Of a stretch of DNA of 64,000 bases, positions 38,461-51,300 are shown piece after piece. Numbering within the stretch: position 1 is the first letter of the stretch; every line of letters begins with the position of its first letter. A program made the translations under genes and the position numbers. The notes beneath the pieces are model-generated. The model was not told the DNA's origin, did no database searches, and worked only from the letters and a program-made list of their open reading frames with translations. Origin of the DNA: Isurus oxyrinchus (lineage: Eukaryota); assembly GCA_026770705.1 (NCBI GenBank), contig JANJGN010000028.1, forward strand, positions 11,284,001 through 11,348,000. Direction: 5' to 3'.

Positions 38461-39350
38461 AGTTCATTTATATATATTATGAACAGCAGTGATCCTTGTA
38501 CCGACCCCTGGGGACCTCCATTGTATACCTTCCCTTGGTTTGAAAACCATCATTCACCATTATTACGCATTCCCTGTCACTCAGCCAATGTCATATCCAA
38601 CCTGCCACTGTACCTTTTATTCCGTGGGCCTAAACTTTGCTGACATGTCTATTATGTGGCACTCTATCAACAGCCATTCAGAAGTCCATGTAACCACATC
38701 GACTGCATTACCCTCATCAACCTTCTCTGTAATCTCATCAAAAGATTTAATCAAGTAAATACGGTTTGCCTTTAACAAATCTGTGCTGGCCTTCTCTAAT
38801 TGATATTTGTCCAAGTGACTATTAGTTTTGCCCCGGATTATTGTTTCTAAAAGTTTTCCCACCACCACTACTGGTCTGTAGTTGCTGGATTTATTCTTAG
38901 AACCTTTTTGAACAAGGGTGTAACATTTGCAATTCTCTAATCCTTTGACACTACCCCTGTAACTAAGGAGGATTGGAAGATTATGGCCAGTACCTCCACA
39001 AGAGTTAATGTTACATCCCACAGAATCCACATATGCATCCCATTGGGTCCTGGTGACTTATCAATTTTAAGTATAGCTAGCCTTTCTAATATGTACTCTT
39101 TATCAATTGTTAGCCCATCCAGTATCTCAATTACTTCCCCTTTCATTATGACTTTGGCAGTACTTCCTTCCTTGACAAAGATAAATGCAAAGTACTCATT
39201 TATGCAAAGTCTCACTTTTTGCCTCCATGCATATGCCCTCTTTTTGGTCCCTTATTGAACCTATTCTTCCCCTTGCTACTCTTTTACTATTTATATTCCT
39301 ATAGAAGACTTTTGGATTTCCTTTTATATTAGCTGTCTGTCTCTTCTCAA
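38461..39350 (-). mobile_element. Old CR1 LINE ORF2 fragment
   Basis: KIDKSPGPNG, NYRPV..GKLLETII, KVDEGNAVDVV. Confidence 0.8.
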
Positions 39351-41171
39351 ACCCCCCAAAGCCTCTCTTTTTTTAACATATGTCTGCTGAATCCAGAAAC
39401 AACTTATTTGAAGGAACACAGTGGTGGAACACAGTGAGCTCACTCAAGAGCCACCAACAACCAGTTTTTTTTAGTAAATACAATTCAGTCCCTCACTCCA
39501 TGTTGTGATTTTAACCATCTGAAAGGAGTATTGTTTCCTATTCCTGGGCACACCATACATAAACACAATTTTTGGCTCACAATGCTATTTCTTCAGTCTC
39601 CTGACCATCCATGACATCATCTGCTAATATCCCTCTGTTAGTTTGATAATGCTTTCAACATGTAGTTGGAATTTATCCATATGACAAATAACTCCAAAAC
39701 TGCACAAAGTCTCAGTCAGTTAATAATTCTAGATCCTTCACTATAATTATATTCATATGAATTATATTGTTGACTACTCTGTGTGTATGTGTTCAACTAA
39801 TTAATGCAGAATAGAGTGTAGACTATTCCACTTTTGAACAGGAAGGTGCCAGGATGACAGATTGGATTTGAAATTACTTAGAATGGTACATCTAAAATAA
39901 AAAAGTGCTGGCAGGGCCCAGGAGAGGGGTATACACATGGAGCTAATTACTGGTGCCCATGCCTTCGTGGGAGCTGGAGGCGGTGAGCCGGGCTTGTGCA
40001 GCATCGCATCTTCTCTCAAGTGGCTGCCTCACCCTACAATGTACTTGCATATAAGCCTGTTGTGGGCGTTCTGCTCTGGGACAAAGTTCCAGTGTTCGAG
40101 ATCCAATTGTCCTGGAGTGAAAGCCTGAGTCCATGTGGCCATTTGTTTTGACAGCCAGAGTGCATTCTGGGTGATGTAGCCCGCATTTGCCCTTGGCTGC
40201 ACTCTTGCCATCCCACATAGTCACCAGCCCACTAAAGGACCCCACGTGATATTTTCAGAGCAAGTTCTACCCCCATGGGTAATTCAAATGTCTTCACCAG
40301 AGCTTGGTAGAGCGAAGATGCAGGTGCTTCCTGTACAATTTCCTCCAATTTATTATAATGGTGTTAGCATTGTTCTAGTTGTTTATTCATACATGACAGG
40401 TTACACATAACTAGTAGATCATTACCATTGGATCATTACTCTTATTTCTTTCCTGCTCTCACTTTATTATTTCTTTGATTAACTGCTGATTGGCTAATAC
40501 CTTAATTACTACCATGAGTCATTTTAATAATCCATTCTTCATTAGCTTTATATTTCTTAACTACTAGCTTTCTTTATAATTTATAAAATCATTTTCCCTG
40601 TTTTGACTACTAAAGTTAAATGCCATTGCCATATATCTGTGATATACACGGAATGTTCTTTGCAACTGCATTTCCAGTTCAATTATCTAACTCCTTTCTA
40701 AATTACTTTTTCATTTGAAATGGTCATATGCACACTATTTCAAAACAAAATAAGACCAAAATCAAAAATAAATCTTGATGGTGTGTAGCACTGGGCTTGG
40801 CCACCTACTTCTCGATGCTGTGGTGTGAGTGTGAATGAGTGCATGTGTGGTCGATGTTAGTTAAATCCAACTTCTTAGTTTGGCTCCGGTCCCTCCCCTT
40901 ACCTGGTGACCAGGACTTAGGGCCTAGTCTGTTTCTCTCTAGCGCTGCTTCTTAAGCAAAAAGACAAAGAAGGTTTTATTCATTAGTTCTGCTACTTGGC
41001 ACCATTTAATCATTACTTTTATTAATTACTCACCTTTTTTATTTATCAATTTATTGCTTTGACATTGTTTTTTTTTGGTCAGCAAGTTGCTTATGTCTTC
41101 TTCATATCTTAACGAGAGGCTCAAAAGGCCCATGTTTTTTGGAGGGTTGGCAAAAAGGGTTATTTTTGCTC

Positions 41172-41390
41172 CAAAATAAATGGAAAGTATTGGAAATGCT
41201 CACTACATCAGGCAGCATCTGTGCAGAGAGAAACAGAGGTCAATGATCCTTCTGCAAAATTAGAGAAGGTTGTGGACCCAAAGGACTGACTCTGTTTCTC
41301 CCTTCACAGATGCTGTGTGGCCTGCTGAGTATTTCCAGCATTTTCCGTTTATATTTCAGATCCCCAGCGTCTGTAGTACTTTGCTCTCTT
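41172..41390. repeat. Foldback of two inverted Penelope-type terminal repeats
   Basis: gcagcatctgtgcagagagaaacagag ... ctctgtttctcccttcacagatgctg inverted arms. Confidence 0.6.
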
Positions 41391-42605
41391 ATTGTGTGCT
41401 CCACACTGGGCATTTATAAGAGTGGTTAGTTTCAATTTAAAATGAAAAAATATTTATCACTCAATGCAAAGTGCATTTTTTCTGTTAACAAAGTCCACTT
41501 GTGTGGATAGAAATAGTACATTATTGCAGGTGAATTTATTACTAATTTACTGAAAGGTTTTGCCATTTTTACACTTGAAAATGAAATCAGGGGTCATGCA
41601 CCAATAGAATGTGTCACTGTTAGGTCAAGACGTTCTCATTTGTAGATAGGATTGTTGTTTGCCATGCTTGTGAGGTTCAGATCTTTTGGATGATGCAGTC
41701 CAGATATTGTATAGGGTCGGATTCAACGAAGATAAGCTGGCTGCGTAATATGGATGACCAAGTTGTATGCAATTGTCAATGCCATGATTGTCAAGTGCAT
41801 CATACTGAAACTTGAGCTTTCGATGGGATTTATAAATTGATGCATAGAGTAGAAAAGTCAAGAAGTTTTGCTAAACCTATATAAAACAGTTCAACCCTAC
41901 CTAAAACTATGGTTCCCAATTTTGAGAGATGAGAAGGAGAGGGTTTGGTTCAGGGTGTGGGCGTGAAAATAAGAGGCTTGGACAGAGACACAAAGGATTG
42001 AATTTGACATCTGCCTTATATGCAGTATCACTGAGTTCAATGAACTGAATATCGATAGGGCGCATAACAGGCGGCAGACAGTATCACCTCATCCTAGTCA
42101 ATTTCACCCCCAAGTCACCTTCAGGCAAAGAAAAGATATGGTACAGCAAGTCACAGTTTCTTAACAGACTGTAGACATACAAATTACTCTGCTATCATTA
42201 ACTGTTGAATTATTTCATGCTATATCCACTGGCAATATACAATAATTAGATTCAAGTCAGTTTTTGATTTCTTTATATAAATCCCCTTTACACTTTTGCT
42301 AGACTTACTCTGGGATGTGTATGTGGTAGACCTTCAACTGGGTCTTTCCAATGTCGCATATATCAGTAACTAGAAGGCACAAGACCATCCCAGGATGATT
42401 CGCCCTCAGAGATTAGTGCACCTTTTATGAAGAAGCAATTACTCATCATTTTTTTAACACAATGCCATTGTAACATTGAAACGAATGGCTTACTGTTGAC
42501 AATACAATGGAGAATCTTAAGCTCTAAACACTTTTCAGTAATTCCCCACATTGATACTGTTGTGATTGGTAACTTAGTAGCATGGGAATTGACATGTAGC
42601 ACATG

Positions 42606-43878
42606 GGCCTGGATTTTCATTGATTTGAGTTGACTCAGGAGCCCTTTAAAAATGGTGGGTGGGTCCTGATTCTTGGATTTCAACCCCATTATTGAGCTGT
42701 CAAATTTTCAGGAGTGCCTTTAAAGGATTTGGTCTAGTTCCTGTCAAAAGTCTGCATCCAGCATTCTTGACCTGGCCAGGTGCATTGCAGGGATAGGCAT
42801 CTCTTACTCCTCCGTAATTTTCATGGAGTCTGGCCAGGTTTTTAAATAGTTGTGGTTCACAGCCCTTCAGAGGAGTCGTGAACCCAAGTCTGCATGAGGG
42901 GACCTTTTAAAAGGTAAGTTCAAAACGTCCCCATCATTCCCCTTATGCCAAGCTATGGCAGGTTGATGCCCAATGAGCCACTGCACACTTTCTAGAAACA
43001 GTGAACACTACATGTCCCCTACGCCAAATGCTGAGAGCCCAGATAGTTATTAAAATACCAGAACATCTACTTCCCAGAGCAAACATTGTTTGATTGATAG
43101 CTCAGGCTCTCTGATCTCTGCTGTCAATTTCACAATGTTTGGTTACACTAGCTAAGTGGTTTCAAGGGTTTGTGGTTTTTGTAGCTTTAAAAGGGCCTGG
43201 ATGATTCGCACTTCTATTAGCTTGTAGTGCAGACTCTTTTTTTCAAACATAGGAGAAAGTTATCAATGGATTACTTTCTTTCAAAGATTTTTTTTACACA
43301 TTCACTATACCTTTCATTGGTTCTAGAAAGTATACAGTGGGTCAATGAGCATTGAAGTGCCACAGCTTGGCATAGGGAGAATGAGAGGCCATAGGGGGTG
43401 GATGGAAGGGCAGAGCTTGACATAGGGGGCATGAGGGGCCATAGGAGGTGGGTGTAAAGGCAGAGCTTAGCAAATGGGGGCTTGAGGAGACTTGGGGTTG
43501 GGTGAAGGGTAGATCTTGGCATAGGTGGTGAGAGGAGTCATAGGGTGGGTGGGGGGCATGAGATGAGATCGATAGGGCAAGGTAGTATTTTGAGGGTGAA
43601 GGGGGTGTGAGGAGTGAAGGTTGGAGAGCCTCTGTGTTTTCATTTTAACTAGGACAAAGTCCCACAGCATCGAGGTGGGTCTTTTAAATAGGCCACCTCC
43701 ATAACTGGCAACCACTGTGGCTCCCTCTGCACTTCTTCCTAGGTTGGTTGGTCTGGCTCCAGCTAGCCCCCCAATCCCTAGCAATGAAGATCCTGCCTTT
43801 GTGGGCACATTCTCCTGAGGCGGGTGGGCCGAGCCGGGAATTTTCCCAACTCCCACCACAAGGAAGAAAATCCAGGCC
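42606..43878. mobile_element. Harbinger-type MITE
   Basis: Perfect 13-bp TIR ggcctggattttc / gaaaatccaggcc; TSD ATG/ATG. Confidence 0.75.
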
Positions 43879-45694
43879 ATGGTGTCAGTGCTTCAATATA
43901 ATTTCTCACTCTGTTGCCTGGTATTTTTTAAACTCTTCCTATATATCTTGACAAAAATTATTGCCACAAGTGGTCATTACCTTGTTAAATGGCCTTGTTT
44001 AGTGCCTGAAATTTTGATCAAATGAGAAAAGTTGTTTAACTAGAAGTCACTAATATGTAACAAATACTAAGAAGGGGTAATTGATAATACAACACAAAAT
44101 TGTCGTAGTGGAAAGGTATTTCTGTGTGCCTTGTTAATTGAAGTTAAATGTTTGCCATGTACTAAGCCAAGCTTTGCTTAAACTTTAATGGTTTAACACA
44201 GGATGAATGGCAAATTACCATTCACATGGTTTATAGCCTCCACTAAGATTTCTATATGATCTCCCTGTTATTATGATGCAAGTTTGCACAGTTCACCAGA
44301 GATTGTTAAGGCTATTCATTTCAAAACAGTTACATACAGCAATTAAAAATACATAAGTGAAAACTGTAGTAATGATACTCTCACTCTTCACAGGAAACAA
44401 TATTTAGATCTTCTGAGAGATCAAGAGGGCCAGCTTTGGCCCAAAGTTAGAGAGTGATTAACAGAAATTGAGTGAGGTCATGTTTACTCAGCTTAAAGTG
44501 GAAAACAAAGAAGGAAATGCAAATAGGACAATTTCTTAAAACATCAAGAAAGTATTTAAGATACCAGAAATATAAACCATGATCTGTGTTTAACTGAATA
44601 ATATATGGGAAACATTTATGTTCTCATATTTCCTTTATTGTTTTTATGAAAACAAAACAGCACAAAATCCAATTGATGCCAATAACTAAATGCCAAAACT
44701 TCCTAAACCAGAAATAAAGTGCAGACATGAAGTCCCTGTATCCAATGCTTATTGAATGAGTCACTGAAGTTTATGACTGTGCCATATTTACAATTAAATA
44801 AATACAGCATGCAACAAAAATGTAACACAAGTACGTTTTGAAGGAAAGTGTGTCTGCATTTAATTACGTCCAATAAACTACTTGGGAATGAAATAATCTA
44901 TAAGAACCCAGAAATTCTTTGAATTTATATTTTGTTTACTGCTTGAATGAAGGTGTACTTGGACTGAAATAAGCTGCATGTGCAATTTTGAAATGTGAAC
45001 GAGTGTACCTTGGTGTTGCTCAAGTCATTAGGAGACCATGTTCTCAAACAATTCATTGGTCCCATGCTCTCAGTGAGGTGTTGTGCTTGAATAATGCAAA
45101 TTGAAGGCTCTATGATGCTTGCCTTAAGTCCAACTAACGTTCCCTTGATTGTGCTTCCTTGTTGGGAGTACAGGATTGGTGGATATATTCTATAAAGAAC
45201 TATGCAATATGGCAACAAACACTGAATAGCAGGCCTCAATAACCAATAATTCTTAAATGCAAAGGCAGCTCAAATGTTTATATTCCTGAATCTCCCGCAG
45301 GTGTGCATGGGTTGGAGTCCCAGACCTACTGGTCTGTAAACCTGTTTTGTCCTACTTGAGTTTTGCCAGTTTTCAACCGGGAAGAGCAAGCCATTATTTT
45401 CAATAGAGAGAATAAGGAACACAATTTAATTTACCTCTCTAGAACTATATCTCTTAGTTGCCCATCACAGAGCATCACTTCTGGCACCTTTACACAGATC
45501 CCCACTCTGATCAGACTACCCTTCATTCAGAAAATATATATTTGCAAGCATTCTACAATGCTACACAACAAAAAGAAAATTCCAGAATACAGAAATGTCA
45601 AAATGTTCTATTTGTATTAATTGTTACTTGTATCAATTAAGGTTAAGTACATACAGGTGGAGGGCATTGATTGGCTGGTTACTTGAGTTCACAT

Positions 45695-47475
45695 ACACAT
45701 ATAAAGAGGCTTGGCTTAAATAGCCAAGTGGTTATGGTACTGGGTTTGTAACCCTAAGATCAAGAGCTCAAATCTCACAATGGCAAACTATGAAACAATG
45801 TAACTTCATCTGAAACAGATGGAAATGGGTTTGTGCTCAAAAGAGTATCACAAGTTCAAATCTCACAATGGCAAACTATGAAACAATGGGCTTGGCCTAA
45901 ATAGCCAAGTGGTTACGGTACTGGGTTTGTAACCCCAAGATCGAGAGTTCAAACTCACAATGGCAAACTATGAAACAATGTAACTTCATCTGAAACAGAT
46001 GGAAACGGGTTTGTGCTCGAAAGAGTATCAAGAGTTCAAATCTCACAACGGCAAAACTATGAAACAATGTAACTTCATCTGAGACAGATGGAAACGGGTT
46101 TGTGCTCGAAAGAGTATCAAGAGTTCAAATCTCACAACGGCAAAACTATGAAACAATGTAACTTCATCTGAGACAGATGGAAACGGGTTTGTGCTCGAAA
46201 GAGTATCAAGAGATCAGATCTCACACTGGCCAACTATGAAACAATGTAACTTCATCTGAATAGGAACAGATGGAAACGGGTTTGTACTCGAAAGAAAATC
46301 AAGAGTTCAAAAGGCTTGGCCTAAATAGCCAAGTGGTTATGGTACTGGGTTTGTAACCCCAAGATCAAGAGTTCAACTCTCACAATGGCAAACTATGAAA
46401 CAATTTAGGGCTTAGGCTTGGCCTAAATAGCCAAGTGGTTATGGTACTGGGTTTGTAACCCCAAGATCAAGAGTTCAAATCTCACAATGGCAAACTATGA
46501 AACAATGTAACTTCATCTGAAACAGATGGAAACAGGTTTGTACTCAAAAGAGTTACACATATAAAGAGGCTTGGCCTAAATAGCCAAGTGGTTATGGTAC
46601 TGGATTTGTAACCCCAAGATCAAGAGATCAAATCTCACACTGGCCAACTATGAAACAATGTAACTTCATCTGAATAGGAACAGATGGAAACGGGTTTGTA
46701 CTCGAAAGGAAATCAAGAGTTCAAAAGGCTTGGCCTAAATAGCCAAGTGGTTATGGTACTGGGTTTGTAACCCCAAGATCAAGAGTTCAAATCTCACAAT
46801 GGCAAACTATGAAACAATGTAACTTCATCTGAAACAGATGGAAACGGGTTTGTACTCGAAAGAAATCAAGAGTTCAAATCTCACAATGGCAAACTATGAA
46901 ACAATTTAGGGCTTGACCTAAATAGCCAAGTGGTTATGGTACTGGGTTTGTAACCCTAAGATCAAGAGTTCAAATCTCACAATGGCAAACTATGAAACAA
47001 TGTAACTTCATCTGAAACAGATGGAAACATATTTGTACTCAAAAGAGTTACACATATTAAGGCTCTGTTCCTGCACCTATTTGCTTGGCCTAAATAGCCA
47101 AGTGGTTATGGTACTGGGTTTGTAACCCCAAGATCAAGAGTTCAAATCTCACAATGGCAAACTATGAAACAAGGTAACTTCATCTGAATAGGAACAGATG
47201 GAAACGTGTTTGTACTCGAAAGAGTTACATACTCGAAAGAGTTACACATATAAAGAGGCTTGGCCTAAATAGCCAAGTGGTTATGGTACGGGGTTTGTAA
47301 CCCCAAGATCAAGAGTTCAAAAGGCTTGGCCTAAATGGCCAAGTGGTTATGGTACTGGGTTTGTAACCCTAAGATCAAGAGTTCAAATCTCACAATGGCA
47401 AACTATGAAACAATGTAACTTCATCTGAAACAGATGGAAACGGGTTTGTACTCGAAAGAGTTACACATATAAAGA
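45695..47475 (+). repeat. Tandem array of tRNA-Thr(UGU)-derived SINE-like units
   Basis: 10 heads ggcttggcctaaatagccaagtggttatggtactgggtttgtaaccccaagatcaagagttcaaatctc, with A box, TGT anticodon loop and B box, plus a modular 3' domain. Flanked by acacatataaaga direct repeats. Confidence 0.85.
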
Positions 47476-47659
47476 ATAATTGGTTTAACTCCAAAAGAGT
47501 ATAAAGACCAACTGACATGAGTTAGTGGAGTCAGGAAATCTATACCTGCAATGTTTCACTCTGTGAAAAAATCTATTCTGTGTAAAAACTGGCTTTGGTT
47601 TCTTCCATCACCAACTGAATATCTGGAGTATAACATTCATTTCCATTTTATTATTACTT

Positions 47660-48360
47660 TTATTTTTAAACCACTATCTTTGGATCATTCTGGATTGCAA
47701 AGATAACGCCTGTCTTCATTTCTCTACTGCAAACCAGCTTCTTTAATCTCTCTCCACGGTCTTCTGCACCCTCATCTCCAACAAGAATTATGAGATGCTC
47801 ATGGAATTCTTTGCAACATGGGATGAAACAATCCATTCAGCTGCCTCTGCCACTTTCCTCCCTTCCCCTATCCCACTAGGCCAAAATCTCTCTAGAGTTC
47901 CACCTTGCCCTAACACTAACTCACATTTTTTGCTAGTTTTTCCCTACTTCTCCTCATGCCTTCTCCAAGTTCATTTTGTCCATAAGACCTATTCCCTGCT
48001 CCCTTGACCCTACTCCTACTAAAATACTGACCACACAACTATCCTTCATAATTCCCATGTTAGATGATGGTGTTAACAATTCTCTTTCTTCAGGTATTAT
48101 TCCTCTGTCCTTCATGCCTGTTGTCATAACACCTCTTATGAACAAAACAGAGTCCACTGTCTTTGCAAACTACCACCTCATCTCCAAGCTCCGTTTCCTC
48201 TCCTTGAATGCATTACCAGCTACCAATCAGTGTTCATCTTTCCTGGAACGTCATGTTTGAATCCATCTTAATAAGTTTTTATCGCTGCCACAGTACCGAA
48301 AATGGCTCTTATCAAAAAACACTAGGCTAGATCCTATGTTACTGTGACAAAAATGAACTA
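47660..48360 (+). mobile_element. L2 LINE fragment, left part (interrupted by Copia)
   Basis: CSLDPTPTKIL, VITPLMNK, ANYHLISKLRFLS motifs. Confidence 0.75.
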
Positions 48361-51300
48361 TATCAATGTATAAATAATTACACGGCATGGCAATCACCTT
48401 GTTAAAGACAATTTCTAGTTAAACAAGTGATGGACATTGATTATCCCATCTAAACAGAATAAAAAGATACGGTTGGAACACTTTGTGTGGAAGCTACTTG
48501 GAAGTCAGTAGCACTAAGGAGCTGTCTTGAAAATAAATCAGCTTGAACAAAAAGAACAGCCTGGGTTAATTCTTCTACAACCACTTATTGACAGAAACAC
48601 AGTGGAAGAGGATGAACTTTTAGCTTTGCTGATTGATTGCTGTACATGAAGTTTTTTGTCTCAATCCTCTGAGGGAAAAGAAGTGTAATGTTGCTGACAA
48701 TTTAAGTTACGGAATGGCGGTGCAAAATTGCAAGCTTTGACTATCCACCATTTTTTTCTGACTCTGAACCTTATCAGCAATAGAATCCTGAAGTTGAAAT
48801 GTGGTCCCGGGTTTCTTCTATACCCTGGGAGAAGCAAGGTTTGGCTTTGGTGTTATCATTACCAGCCAAAACAAAAATAAAGAGTAAGGTATTTTCAGAC
48901 TGAAAAGCGGATGATTTGGATCATGAAGAGGGATTGAACATTCTGTTACAATTTTTGGATAAGTTTTACTAAAAGGTGAGCTATTGGAAGCATATGACGC
49001 TTGGACGATCTTTGATAGGTTTAGGAAATCAGATGATGAGTCCATGGAAGAATATATCATGGATTTTGATAAATGGTACAGGAGACTAGAGAGATTTGAA
49101 CTTGAAATTCCAGAATCCGTATTGGTGCTTAAATTACTGGACTGTACTCTCATTTCCCATGTTGATTGTCTTTTAGTACTAACAGGGGTTCAATTCCAGG
49201 GGAAAGAATCTCTCCTATGAGAGATATGGCTGCTGCCCTAAAAAAAAAAACGGGTAAACATTCATTCCCTGCCACTTTCTCAGCAAATGCGAACAACTAT
49301 GCTATGAAGCGAAGGATAGAGGATTCAATGGTGGCTGAATTTCAAGGTCGACCAAATATTAGATGAAGATTCCAATACAAAATTGGGGTAAATGACAAGA
49401 GGTCTGAAAATGGTCGTAATCCTAGCCAGTTTGAGAGTCGGGACAAAAAGTGTGTCAGGGATGGTGACCGTAGGCATTTAAACCCAAAAAATGCATGGGG
49501 AATGGGTAATCGAAGTTTTCAGTGTGATTCCCCAGTATCATTACTGGACAACTGCCCATGGTGAAGGAGTCGCGTTTTTGAAGTGACCCACGAGACTGAT
49601 TCATCTGAAATTGAAAATGATGATCGTGACTTCCATGATGGGACTGTATTGATCACTGAGAGTTTGAGACCAGTGATGAGTATCTTGATGGTAGATTCCT
49701 TCAACTGTGCAGTTCTGGACAATGGTTGCACTTCTATGGTGTGTGGCATGGACTGGCTTGGCTGCTTTCTGGAGTCTCTCAATGAGGCAGACTAACGAAA
49801 GGTCAAGGAGTATGGACGCTCTACCTGCTTCAGGTTCGGAGATGACAATACATCAACATCCTCCAAACTGGTGGTCCTCCCTTGTAAGATAGCAGGGATC
49901 AATCTGTTTATCAGTACTAGCGAGATATCGCTACTGTTAAGTTGATCTGCGATGAAGGCGGCTCAGATGGCACTAGATATGAAGAATGATAGAGCAGTCG
50001 TGTTTGGAAAAAATGTGGATCTACATTTTACTCAGTGAGGCCATTACTCCTTGCCACTAAGGAAGCCAGAGATTTCTTATCAAAAAGTTCATGAAGTTTT
50101 GTTAACTGCTGAGAAAAATTTGGTGGACGAAAAGAAGATCAATTGGAAATTACACAGACAGTTTGCACATCCGGCACCACAGAAATGGAAGAAACTACTT
50201 CAAGACGCAGGAATGGTCGATAAAGGATACGATGACCATAATGAACAAATCACTGCTCAGTGTGAAATTTGTCTTAAATATCGCAAGACACTACCACATC
50301 CTGTTGTGAGTTGCCACTAGTCAGGGAGTTTAGATGCAGTGGCAATGGACTTGAAAGTTTGAGGCAAGAATAAGGGTGTTTTTTTTACTACACTTCATAG
50401 ATATGGCAACTAGATTTAGCCTATCCACTGTGATACACAGTAAAGACAAAGGGACCATTGTCGATAAGGTCATAGAGAAATGGGTAGGAACAGGATTAGG
50501 AACACCAATGAAGTTCCTCACAGATAATGGTGGGGAATTCGCCAATGAGAAATTTCGAGATATGTATAAAAATTTAAACATCATAGTTATGCACACTGCA
50601 GCTGAGAGCCCATTTAGTAATGGTCTTTGTGAAAGAAGTCATGTTGTAATAGACAACATTACATAAAATATTGGCTGATCAACCAGATTGTAGATTGCAA
50701 ACGATGCTAGCCTGAATGGTGCATGCAAAGAGCTCTTTGCAAATGGTTGGGGGGTGCAGTCTGTACCAGTTGGCGTATGGAAGAAATCTGAAGATGCCTT
50801 CGGTGTTATTGGATGCTGCCCCTACTTTGGAAGGCACTAGCATTAGCTCCACATTTTCTGCTCATCTGAACGCTTTGCATGTGGGCAGAAAAGCTTTCAT
50901 TAAAGTAGAAGTTTCAGAGAAAATTCGGTAAGCCCTACAGCACTGCATAAGACCATCAGGAATTCAGTTTAGACAAGGAGATATGGTATATTATAAAAGG
51001 GAAGGCTGGAAAGAGTGAAAAGTACCTGGCAAGGTAATAGAGAGTGATGGGAAAGTAGTAATTGTGCAACACAGCAATCAAACTGTTAGGGTACATTCTT
51101 TGCGGTTAATTGGTACTGACTATACCTTTACAGGTTCTGAACAGACATAGAATGTGAGGAGGCACCATGCACTTCACATACACACACATTGGGTAGTTAT
51201 AAGGAGCAGATGATGGCTGACACAGGATTAACTGACTATGAACAAAGTAACACTGAGGTACAGGATAACGCTATTCGTGCAAAAGGGCAGCTACCCAAAG

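Noticed and set aside
45708-47465. CRISPR array or cluster of functional tRNA-Thr genes
   Set aside because: Eukaryotic intron with no cas genes, and the sequences between repeats are themselves repeated rather than unique spacers. The cloverleaf acceptor and T stems pair poorly.
47414-47465. Hammerhead ribozyme in the array tail
   Set aside because: A three-stem topology is present, but CUGANGA is not in a junction strand on either strand.
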